This document shows, in pieces, positions 7,112 through 15,347 of a DNA stretch of 64,000 nt. Origin of the DNA: an uncultured Methyloversatilis sp. (lineage in GTDB: Bacteria; Pseudomonadota; Gammaproteobacteria; Burkholderiales; Rhodocyclaceae); the NCBI GenBank assembly GCA_964478415.1, contig CAYZII010000003.1, positions 468 to 64,467 of the forward strand, written 5' to 3'. A program made the translations under genes and the position numbers. How positions within the stretch are numbered: the first letter of the stretch is position 1; the number at the start of each line of letters is the position of its first letter. A model generated the notes under the pieces. The model made no database searches. It was given only the letters and a program-made list of their open reading frames with translations, and was not told the origin of the DNA.

Positions 7112-9464
7112 AGAAGCCCTGCCCGAAGCCGATGCCGATCTCGACGAGCTTGTCCTGGATGTCCTGATTCTCGACCCACTCGGCGATCACGTCGAGGGAT
7201 AGATCGCAGCCGATCTGGGCGATCGCATTGACGATCACGAAATCGGTCTTCTCTTCATGCACGGCACGCACGAAGCTGCCGTCGATCTTGATCGCGCTCA
7301 CCGGCAGCGTCTTCAAATAGGCAAACGAAGACAGCCCTGCCCCGAAATCATCGAGGCAGAAACGGCAGCCGAGTCGGGAAAGCTCGGCGATCAGGCGCTG
7401 CGCCTCGCCCAGGTGTTGAATCGCTGCCGTCTCGGTGATCTCGAACATCAGGCGTTTCGGCTCGATGCGGCTGGCTTTAAGCTGCTGCTGCAGGTAAGCA
7501 GTGAAATCGGCCTGCGACAACGTCCCGCCGGACAGATTGATCGCATAGCTGGCGCGATCCTCCGGATGGCGGGTCACGTAATCGAGAAAGGTCTCCAGCA
7601 CCCAGCGGTCGAGCAGATGGGCATAACCAAACCTTTCGACGGCGGAGAGCACCCGGCCGGGCGGAACCGCGATGCCGTGCTCGTCGAGCACGCGTAACAG
7701 GATTTCATAATGTTCGCGGTCGTCTTGCGCCTTCAAAGGCATGATGCGCTGCCGATACAACCGCAGACGCTGTGCGGCGAGGGAGGCGTCGAAACGCGCC
7801 GCCCATTGCATCTCTTCGTCGAGGGCGCGTATGCCGGCATGGGAAGGTGAATGCACCTCGACGCGGCCGCGTCCCTGGTTCTTCGCGTGATAGCAGGCTG
7901 TGTCGGCGCGCCCGAGTACCTCGCTGATGGTCATCTCAGGCTCCAGCCTGGCGATGCCGATGCTGGCGCCGATGTGGAAATGACGCGCTTCATATCGGAA
8001 ACGATGGGCTGCGATCTGCGCAACGATACGTTGCGCGATGCCGACACCTTCCTCGAGTGCGCAGTCGAACAACAGTAAACCGAATTCGTCGCCGCCGATG
8101 CGTGCCAGCAGGCTGCGATCGTTGTCCCCTTCGCCCGGCGTCGGCACGCAGACGCGCATCAGCTCGACGATCTCGACCAACAGCGCATCGCCGGCGGCGT
8201 GGCCACAGGTGTCATTGACGAGCTTGAACTGGTCGAGGTCGATGTAGCAGAACACATGGCAGCGTCCATCCTCGCGCACCTGACGCAGCGCCCGCTCGAG
8301 GCGCCCTTCCAAGGCACGGCGGTTCGGCAAGCCGGTGAGCGGGTCATGGAACGCCATGCGCCGCAATTCCTTGAGCAGCGCGCGCCGCTCGGAATCGTCG
8401 CGGAACACCAACACCACACCGCAAGTCTCCCCGGATGTATCATGGGCCACCGAGGGCACGATGGCCGCCGAATCATGCACCGGCAGTTCGCGGCCATCGC
8501 GCGCCAGCAGCAGCGTGTGGTTGGCCATTGCCTGCGGTTTTCCGCTGCGCAGCGCGAGCCGTGCCGGGTTGGGCTGGGGCTGGCGCGTATCCTCATGGAT
8601 CAACGGCATCACGGTTTCGATCGGCTTGCCGCGCGCCTCGGCAATGGACCAGCCGGTGAGCGCTTCGGCAACCGAATTCATGAATTGCACGTCGCCATCG
8701 GCATTGGTCACCACCACGCCATCGCCGACCGAGGCCAGCGTGATGCGCCAGCGCTCCTTTTCAGTGCCCAGTTCGTCGATCAGCTGCTGCAGCCGGTCAC
8801 GCGCCTGATTCAACACCTGGGCCGTCTCGGCCAGTTCCGGCGGCGCATTGGGCGATAGCTCGATACGCGCAGAAAGATCGCCACTGCTGCGGCGACGGGC
8901 CGAGGCGCGGATGGCTTCCAGCGCAGTGAAATTCGCGCGCAGGATCCAATGCATCGCCAGTGCGAGAAGAATGAGTGCACTGAGCGCGGCGAGCATGCCC
9001 GCGCCGAGCAATCGCCACAGGCGTTCTTCGACCGCATCGGGCCGGATCGTGACCACGAGTTGGCCATAGTCACGCCCCCCGATGACGATTCTCTCCTCGC
9101 TGTCGAGAGGAACAAGACCCAGCATCGAAGCAAACCATTCGGGGCGTTGCAGCGGCGGCGGTGCATCCTCGGCCTCGATGGACACGCCATCGCCACTGTA
9201 GCGCACTGCATGAGCCTCGGCCGTGGCCACCTCGCGCCGCATCAGTTGTTCGACGGTCGTGTAATCGTAAAGAATCAGTGGTTCGACGAGGGCCGTCGCC
9301 AGCAGGCGCGCCTCTCGCTGGGCGGTCTGGGTCAAGACCTGGCTGCCGATATCCTTGGCAATCCGTAAGATGACTGCGCCGCCTGTCAGCAACAACAACG
9401 CGCTGATCACCACCAGCGCGATCAGCAGTCGGCTGCGCAACGACAGACGGGCAAGCAGATTCAT
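7080..9464 (-). CDS. Membrane sensor HAMP-PAS-GGDEF-EAL (c-di-GMP turnover)
   Basis: 794 aa with an N-terminal TM segment. RIGGDEFGLLL (GGDEF). EAL-domain motifs EITETAAI, DDFGAG, KIDGSFV. Confidence 0.9.
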   Translation of the reverse strand: MNLLARLSLRSRLLIALVVISALLLLTGGAVILRIAKDIGSQVLTQTAQREARLLATALVEPLILYDYTTVEQLMRREVATAEAHAVRYSGDGVSIEAEDAPPPLQRPEWFASMLGLVPLDSEERIVIGGRDYGQLVVTIRPDAVEERLWRLLGAGMLAALSALILLALAMHWILRANFTALEAIRASARRRSSGDLSARIELSPNAPPELAETAQVLNQARDRLQQLIDELGTEKERWRITLASVGDGVVVTNADGDVQFMNSVAEALTGWSIAEARGKPIETVMPLIHEDTRQPQPNPARLALRSGKPQAMANHTLLLARDGRELPVHDSAAIVPSVAHDTSGETCGVVLVFRDDSERRALLKELRRMAFHDPLTGLPNRRALEGRLERALRQVREDGRCHVFCYIDLDQFKLVNDTCGHAAGDALLVEIVELMRVCVPTPGEGDNDRSLLARIGGDEFGLLLFDCALEEGVGIAQRIVAQIAAHRFRYEARHFHIGASIGIARLEPEMTISEVLGRADTACYHAKNQGRGRVEVHSPSHAGIRALDEEMQWAARFDASLAAQRLRLYRQRIMPLKAQDDREHYEILLRVLDEHGIAVPPGRVLSAVERFGYAHLLDRWVLETFLDYVTRHPEDRASYAINLSGGTLSQADFTAYLQQQLKASRIEPKRLMFEITETAAIQHLGEAQRLIAELSRLGCRFCLDDFGAGLSSFAYLKTLPVSAIKIDGSFVRAVHEEKTDFVIVNAIAQIGCDLSLDVIAEWVENQDIQDKLVEIGIGFGQGFFIHRPEPLPG

Positions 9465-10318
9465 TGCCCTTCGTGCGGCACCACGGTGTCGCGGAAGAAA
9501 CGGCGGTAGTTTTCGTAATCGGCATCCGAGGCGGCGACGAAACCGCGGGGTTTCACCACGCCCAGCTTGCGCGCAGCCTCGGCGAGCACCGCGCGGCCGC
9601 TCTCTTCCTCACGTAGGGCGAGGAAGGCGCGCCGCACCGCTTCGCGTTGGGCGGCAGGTACCTGAGGATGCGCCATGATGGCCAAATCGAAATAAGGCTC
9701 GGACTGCCACAGCACCCGATAAGCAAAGTTCTCGCGCTGCGCGTAATCGGCCATCACCTGGCTGTTGACGCCGGCCGCGGCGACCTGGCCGAACTTAAGC
9801 TGTCCCATCGCCGCTTCTTGCGTGCCGGCGAAAACCGGTTCGACCTTCACCCCCGTTCTGAGCAAGGCATCGTAAGGAACGAAATAGCCGGTGAAACCGT
9901 ACGGATTGGCGAACGCCACTTTTTTTCCGACCAGATCGGTCAGTGCTTTTGCCGGACTGTCGTCGCGCACGACCACCTGGCCACGGATGCCCTCCCCTTC
10001 CTGACGGGCAAGCACGGTGAAACCGAGCTTGGCCCGCTCCGGCGTGAAGAAATGGTTCGAATAGATGAAAGCCAGCTCGCCGCGCGCGGCCATGTCGGTG
10101 GTCTCGTTCGCGGTGCGTGCGACGCGCAGCTCGAGCTTCACGCCGGCGCGTGCGGAAACCCAGGCCAGAATCGGATTCCAGTACTCCGCAGTGAAAGTCA
10201 GCGAGCGGTGGTTGAGTACGCCAAACGGATAAGGACCGCCTGACTCCCAGGCCAGCGCACTCCAGGACACCGACATCAGGACAGAGAAGCTCGCAAACCA
10301 TTTCAGGGAACGTTTCAT
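9461..10318 (-). CDS. PhnD-family periplasmic substrate-binding protein
   Basis: Internal ATG (10318) gives MKRSLKWFASFSVLMSVSWSALA signal peptide. Overall PhnD/phosphonate-SBP-like sequence. 4-nt overlap with the downstream GGDEF-EAL gene. Confidence 0.7.
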   Translation of the reverse strand: MKRSLKWFASFSVLMSVSWSALAWESGGPYPFGVLNHRSLTFTAEYWNPILAWVSARAGVKLELRVARTANETTDMAARGELAFIYSNHFFTPERAKLGFTVLARQEGEGIRGQVVVRDDSPAKALTDLVGKKVAFANPYGFTGYFVPYDALLRTGVKVEPVFAGTQEAAMGQLKFGQVAAAGVNSQVMADYAQRENFAYRVLWQSEPYFDLAIMAHPQVPAAQREAVRRAFLALREEESGRAVLAEAARKLGVVKPRGFVAASDADYENYRRFFRDTVVPHEGQ

Positions 10319-11034
10319 CACTGTCTCCAGAGCAAAGCACCGCCGCTGCCCAGCAGCAACATGCCGATGATATGACGGAAGGCCCGGGGCGTGACATCGA
10401 AATGCACTTTCTGGCCCCAATGCAACCCCAGCCAGGCCGCCGGCGCCATCGCTACGAGCAGCCAGAAATGGCGTGCCTGATAATGCCCGCCGAGCGCGAA
10501 ACCGAGGATGCGCAGCCCGCCATCGACGACCCAAAGCATCGCGATCGTCGCAAGGAACACGGTTTTTTCGAGCTGGCGCAGGCGGAAATACATCACGTAG
10601 AAAGGCCCGCCGGTGCCGAACAACCCACCGACCAGACCGCCGAGCAAGCCAGCAGGGGCCGCCCAGCGACGCGACAGATGAGTGCTTGGCTGAGGTAGGA
10701 ATTGGTAAACGCCAAACAGAAAGACGAAGCCGCCCAGCAGTCTTTTGAGCAGCTGGCCATCGATCAAGGCGTGCAGGAACATCGCCAACGCGATGCCAAT
10801 GAAGGAAAACGGCAACAACGGGCGCAGATCCTGCCAGACGATAAGACGCCGATGGCGCCAGGCCTGGATGATCGAACCGGAATTGTCGAGGATCACGACC
10901 ATCGGCACGACGAACGACAACGGCAGCAGTTGCGCGAGCAGCGGGGAAGCCACCAGCGCCGAGCCGAAGCCGGCGACCCCGCGCACGAAATAGGCAACCA
11001 GCGCGATCAGGCTGGCGAACAGATAGACCTCCAT
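10318..11034 (-). CDS. TauE/SafE (DUF81) family anion exporter-like membrane protein
   Basis: Start chosen at MEVYLFASLIALVAYFVRGVAGFG (ATG 11034; alternative 11064). Highly hydrophobic. Its stop overlaps the SBP start. Confidence 0.65.
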   Translation of the reverse strand: MEVYLFASLIALVAYFVRGVAGFGSALVASPLLAQLLPLSFVVPMVVILDNSGSIIQAWRHRRLIVWQDLRPLLPFSFIGIALAMFLHALIDGQLLKRLLGGFVFLFGVYQFLPQPSTHLSRRWAAPAGLLGGLVGGLFGTGGPFYVMYFRLRQLEKTVFLATIAMLWVVDGGLRILGFALGGHYQARHFWLLVAMAPAAWLGLHWGQKVHFDVTPRAFRHIIGMLLLGSGGALLWRQ

Positions 11035-11131
11035 CGGGGAAGGGTTTTTACCACAGCAGTGCATCGTCTTCGACGGTCCTGCCTTGATCTGTCTCATGGG
11101 CACACGCCGACCTGCTGAATAAAATCGGATT

Positions 11132-12328
11132 ATGTCCCTCCTGCACCACTGGCTTTCCCGCGCCGCCGCCGACCAACCTGCACTGATCCTGCCGGATGGT
11201 GCCACGCTCCGCTATGGCGATCTGGCCAAGCAGGCCGGAAAGACTGGCCTGCAAGCAATCGACGGCGATGCCGGCACACTCGCCCGCGGGCTGATCGAAA
11301 CCGCGCTCGGCGGCGGCACGGCCTTTCCCCTGCCGCCGACACTCGATGCTTCTCACCGCGACAGGCTGATCAGACTGGCCCGTGGCGCCACCGATCCGAA
11401 GCTGGCATTGATCATCGCCACCAGTGGCTCGACGGGGGAACCCAAAGCAGTGAAGCTTTCCTGGCGTGCGATCGCCGCAGGCGCCCGCATCAGCGCACGG
11501 GCAGTGGATCTATGCCCCGGCGATGCCTGGCTCGTCTGTCTGCCGCTCTTTTTCGTTGGCGGCGCGATGATTCTCTACCGTACCTTACGCGCCGGTGCCA
11601 CCGTCGTGGTGCAGGAAGGGTTCGATGTAGCCCGGGTGGCGGATGCACTCGTCGCGCAGCGCATCACCCATCTGTCGCTGGTGCCGGCGATGCTGGCGAA
11701 ACTGATCGAGTGTGCCATGCCGCCAGCGCCGAGTTCGAAATGTGTGCTGGTCGGCGGCCAGGCGCTCTCCCCGACACTGGCGGAAAAGGCACTTGCCGCC
11801 GGCTGGCCGCTCAGGCTGTCCTACGGGATGACCGAGACCTGCGCCACCGCGCTGATCGACGGTCGTCCCCTGCCCGGCGTGCGTGTGCGCCTGTCTGCGG
11901 CGGGCACACTCGAAATCGCCACACCGGCCCGGATGAAAGGTTACCTGGGAGGGTCGCCATCCGGCGAGTGGCTCACGACGCAGGATCTCGCGCAGATCGA
12001 TCCAGACGGCCGGGTGACGATCCTGGGCCGCGCTGACGAGATGCTGATCTCGGGCGGTGTGAATCTCCATCCGCTGGAGATCGAGGCCACGCTCTCGCGC
12101 TGTCCCGGCGTGCGCGAAGCCGGCGTCACCGGTTTGCCCGACCCGCTTTGGGGTGATCTGATCGCCTGCGCCTACGAGGGCGAGGCGCAGGAAGATGCCG
12201 TCGCCGACTGGTGTCGCGCCTGCCTGCCTTCCTCAAGGCGGCCTCGCCGGCTGCTGCGCGTTCCCCGTCTGCCGCGGCTGCCTTCCGGCAAACTGGATCG
12301 CCGCGCCCTACGGCGTCTTTGGTCATGA
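11132..12328 (+). CDS. menE: o-succinylbenzoate-CoA ligase (short AMP-binding enzyme)
   Basis: 398 aa with AMP-binding motif IIATSGSTGEPKAV. ATGA overlap with menF. Contains a repeat core at 11712. Confidence 0.75.
   Translation: MSLLHHWLSRAAADQPALILPDGATLRYGDLAKQAGKTGLQAIDGDAGTLARGLIETALGGGTAFPLPPTLDASHRDRLIRLARGATDPKLALIIATSGSTGEPKAVKLSWRAIAAGARISARAVDLCPGDAWLVCLPLFFVGGAMILYRTLRAGATVVVQEGFDVARVADALVAQRITHLSLVPAMLAKLIECAMPPAPSSKCVLVGGQALSPTLAEKALAAGWPLRLSYGMTETCATALIDGRPLPGVRVRLSAAGTLEIATPARMKGYLGGSPSGEWLTTQDLAQIDPDGRVTILGRADEMLISGGVNLHPLEIEATLSRCPGVREAGVTGLPDPLWGDLIACAYEGEAQEDAVADWCRACLPSSRRPRRLLRVPRLPRLPSGKLDRRALRRLWS
11712..11740 (+). repeat. Dispersed repeat core inside menE
   Basis: GTGCCATGCCGCCAGCGCCGAGTTCGAAA. 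Translated as CAMPPAPSSK. Confidence 0.65.
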
Positions 12329-13638
12329 TCGACTGGCATAGGCTCGCCGAGGCACTTGCTTCACTCGCCGGAAGCGCCCAGCCGGCGCGTTTGCTGAGCG
12401 TCAGCTGCGCACTGCCGCGCTGGCCGGCGGTCACGCCAGTCGGTGAATGGTGTCACTGGCAACGACCCGAGCAAGGCATGCGGCTTTTCGCTGTCGGCTG
12501 TGCCGCCTTCGTCGAAAGCGCAGGCGCGGGGCGTTTCGCGGCGCTCGCCGCCGCACAGCGTGGACTGGCCAATGCTTGGCAGGCCGACGCGACCAGTTGC
12601 AAGCGTGCTTTCGTCGGCTTCGCTTTCACGCCGGAAGGCGGCGCACCCTTCCCGAATGCCCGCCTCTGGGTACCCGAACTGTTGCTTTGCGAAGAGCACG
12701 GGCGGATCGCCCTGACACTGAGCTGTGCGGCAGAACAAGCGGGCAGGGCAGTGCCGCGTTGGCGCAAGCTGTGGCGGGAGTTGACCACGGCATGTGCCGT
12801 CCCGCGAGCGCCGATTTTCCGCATCCAGCGCAATCCCGTTGCCGATCAGGCTTTTCTGGCGCGCGGCCAGGCCGCACTCGCGGCGATCAGACAAGGCGCT
12901 GTCGACAAACTGGTGCTGACCCGTACGTTGCGGGTAACGATGGACCAGCCCATCATGCCGACAGCGTTGATCGGGGAACTGGCACGACAACATCCCGCTT
13001 GTGCGGTGTTCGGCCTCGGCAACGGGCGGAGGAGTTTCCTCGGCGCCTCGCCGGAAACCCTGCTCGCGATCGACAAACAAACTGTAATGGTCGACGCACT
13101 CGCCGGCACGGCCTGGCAGGACACGGTGCAAACGCTCGAAGACGAAAAGAACCGCCGCGAACACGACTGTGTCGCCACCGCGATCATCGAGGCGCTTGCC
13201 GGAGTGTGCAGCGAGATCGATCTGCCGGCAAATCCAGAAGTGATGCAGCTTTCCGGGCTGAGCCACCTGCGTCGCCGTGTCCGGGCGTGCCGTCTGACCG
13301 CAACGAACGCATTCGATCTCCTTGCGCGGCTGCACCCGACCCCAGCCGTCGGCGGCACGCCCACCGCTGACGCGCTCGATTGGCTGGCCGGCCACGGCGA
13401 TACCCGCGCCGCCTGGTATACGGGCGGCTTCGGCTGGATCGACACCAGTGGTGATTGCGACATCGCCGTCGCGTTGCGCTGTGGGCTGTTCGAAGGCTGC
13501 GAAGCGACGCTCTATGCCGGCGCAGGCTTCGTCGCTGGTTCCGATCCAAAGCAGGAGCTCGCCGAAACCGAGGCCAAACTCACAGCGCTGCTGAATGCCT
13601 TGGCGACGCTCGGTCGCCCCAACCGGGCCGTCGCATGA
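12325..13638 (+). CDS. menF: Isochorismate synthase
   Basis: ATG 12325 overlaps the menE stop. Chorismate-binding motifs LHPTPAVGGTP, YAGAGFVAGSDP. Confidence 0.85.
   Translation: MIDWHRLAEALASLAGSAQPARLLSVSCALPRWPAVTPVGEWCHWQRPEQGMRLFAVGCAAFVESAGAGRFAALAAAQRGLANAWQADATSCKRAFVGFAFTPEGGAPFPNARLWVPELLLCEEHGRIALTLSCAAEQAGRAVPRWRKLWRELTTACAVPRAPIFRIQRNPVADQAFLARGQAALAAIRQGAVDKLVLTRTLRVTMDQPIMPTALIGELARQHPACAVFGLGNGRRSFLGASPETLLAIDKQTVMVDALAGTAWQDTVQTLEDEKNRREHDCVATAIIEALAGVCSEIDLPANPEVMQLSGLSHLRRRVRACRLTATNAFDLLARLHPTPAVGGTPTADALDWLAGHGDTRAAWYTGGFGWIDTSGDCDIAVALRCGLFEGCEATLYAGAGFVAGSDPKQELAETEAKLTALLNALATLGRPNRAVA
12794..12821 (+). repeat. Dispersed repeat core inside menF
   Basis: GTGCCGTCCCGCGAGCGCCGATTTTCCG. 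Translated as CAVPRAPIFR. Confidence 0.7.
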
Positions 13639-15347
13639 GTACCGGGGCGCGCAACCTCGCCTGGGCCGATGCCCTGATCGCCGCGCTTGCGGCCAGTGGT
13701 CTGCGTCATGTCGTGCTCTCCCCGGGCGCACGCTCTGCGCCACTCGCCGTCGCCTGTCTGCGGCGGCCGGAAATCATCTGCCATGTCATCAACGACGAGC
13801 GCGCCGCCGGCTTCTTTGCAGTGGGACTGGGCAAGGCAAGCGGCCAGCCTGCGCTGGTGCTGACCACCTCCGGCACCGCCGCGGCGAATCTGCTGCCGGC
13901 GATCGTCGAAGCGAATCTCTCCCACACCCCGCTGATCGCCGTCACTGCCGACCGTCCGCCGGAAATGCTCGGCTGGGGGGCGAACCAGACCATCGACCAG
14001 GTGAAGCTCTTTGGTGATCAGGTGCGCGCCTTTCATACCCTGCCGCCGCCGGACGAGGCGTTCCCACCACGATTTCTGACGACGTTGGCCGCCCGGCTGG
14101 TCGAAACGGCGCTGTTTCCCCACGCCGGGCCGGTGCATCTGAACGTCCCGTTCCGGGAACCCTTGCTGCCCGAGGTCTTACCCGCGCCGCCCGCGTTACC
14201 ACCCGCGCTCGAACTGCATCCCCAGCAGCCAGCACTGCCATCTGACCTCGATACGGTCGCCGCCCGTCTCCAGGCCCGTCCCGGCGTCATCCTCTGCGGG
14301 GAAGCGCGTTATCCCGCCGGCTTTGCCGCCGCCGTGACCCGGCTCGCCGCGCGGCTCGAAGCGCCGATCATCGCCGAAGCCCTGTCCAATCTGCGTTTTG
14401 GCGCTCATGACAAATCACGCATCAGCGCTGATGCAGCGCGTTTCCTGCGCCACACCGCGCCGCCCGCCCCGGCCTGGGTGCTGCGCTTCGGCGCCTTTCC
14501 CGTCTCGCGCACGCTCGAACGCTGGCTGGCGGATCTGGCCGAAACCGAACACCTGCTCGTCGCGCCGCCCGGCAGTTGGCCGGACCCACTGCATCACAGC
14601 GACACACTGTTGCGCGGTGACCCTTTGGACATCGCCGCAGCCCTGGCCGAGAGGTGCCGTCCCGCCAGCGCCGAATTTTCGGAGCGACACGGCGGCCGAC
14701 GGGACATTGTCATTTCTGCCGGTGCCGAATTCCGTCTGGCCTGGCAACGTGCCGAAGCTGGCGTCACGGCTGCCGAAGACCTGCCTTTCTTCGAAGGGAC
14801 GGTCGCGCACCGGCTTCTCGCTGCGCTGCCCGCCGGCGCGCATTGCTTCATCGGGAACTCGCTGGCGATCCGCGCCGTCGATGCCTACTCTGGAAAGAGC
14901 GACAAGCCCCTCACCCTTTACGGCAACCGTGGCGCATCGGGAATCGATGGCAATCTCGCCACCGCGGCAGGAATCGCCGCAGCCAGTGGCGCGCCGATCG
15001 CCCTGCTCGTCGGTGACCTAAGCCTGCTGCACGATTGCGCCAGCCTCGCGCTGCTGAGGGAAAGAAACGCGCTGATCGTCGTGCTCGATAACGGCGGCGG
15101 CGGCATCTTCGACCATCTGCCCTTCGCCCGGATGCTGCCCCCGGCACTGCTCGAACGCGGCTTTATTGCCAAACCCCACGCGGACTTCGCCGCCCTGGCC
15201 CGCGCCTTCGATCTCGCCTATGCGGAAGCGGCCGATCTGCAGGCGCTCGATGCAGTGCTTGCCAAGGCGCTCCAGCACGGCGGCACCTGGCTGCTGCGCG
15301 TCGTGATCGACCGCGGCGCGAGCCGCGCCGGTTTCACTGGTGCTTGA
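13635..15347 (+). CDS. menD: SEPHCHC synthase (ThDP-dependent)
   Basis: ATG 13635 overlaps the menF stop. N-terminus NLAWADALIAALAASGLRHVVLSPGARSAPLA. ThDP motif GNRGASGIDG. Carries the 83-nt repeat at 14654-14736. Confidence 0.9.
   Translation: MSTGARNLAWADALIAALAASGLRHVVLSPGARSAPLAVACLRRPEIICHVINDERAAGFFAVGLGKASGQPALVLTTSGTAAANLLPAIVEANLSHTPLIAVTADRPPEMLGWGANQTIDQVKLFGDQVRAFHTLPPPDEAFPPRFLTTLAARLVETALFPHAGPVHLNVPFREPLLPEVLPAPPALPPALELHPQQPALPSDLDTVAARLQARPGVILCGEARYPAGFAAAVTRLAARLEAPIIAEALSNLRFGAHDKSRISADAARFLRHTAPPAPAWVLRFGAFPVSRTLERWLADLAETEHLLVAPPGSWPDPLHHSDTLLRGDPLDIAAALAERCRPASAEFSERHGGRRDIVISAGAEFRLAWQRAEAGVTAAEDLPFFEGTVAHRLLAALPAGAHCFIGNSLAIRAVDAYSGKSDKPLTLYGNRGASGIDGNLATAAGIAAASGAPIALLVGDLSLLHDCASLALLRERNALIVVLDNGGGGIFDHLPFARMLPPALLERGFIAKPHADFAALARAFDLAYAEAADLQALDAVLAKALQHGGTWLLRVVIDRGASRAGFTGA
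14654..14736 (+). repeat. 83-nt composite repeat element, in frame inside menD
   Basis: Same length and architecture as 6244-6326. 66/83 identical by hand alignment; the first 21 nt are identical. Second half-core lies 54 nt downstream. Confidence 0.85.

Noticed and set aside
12361-13743. 460-aa minus-strand ORF and other long shadow ORFs (34038-35618, 29551-30948, 47736-49166, 56765-58150, 43794-44747, 45655-46791, 60026-61090)
   Set aside because: Each lies opposite a confidently identified gene (menF, mtnA/secA, carB, ftsH, hybC, prlC, degP-like, hybO) and shows no family motifs.
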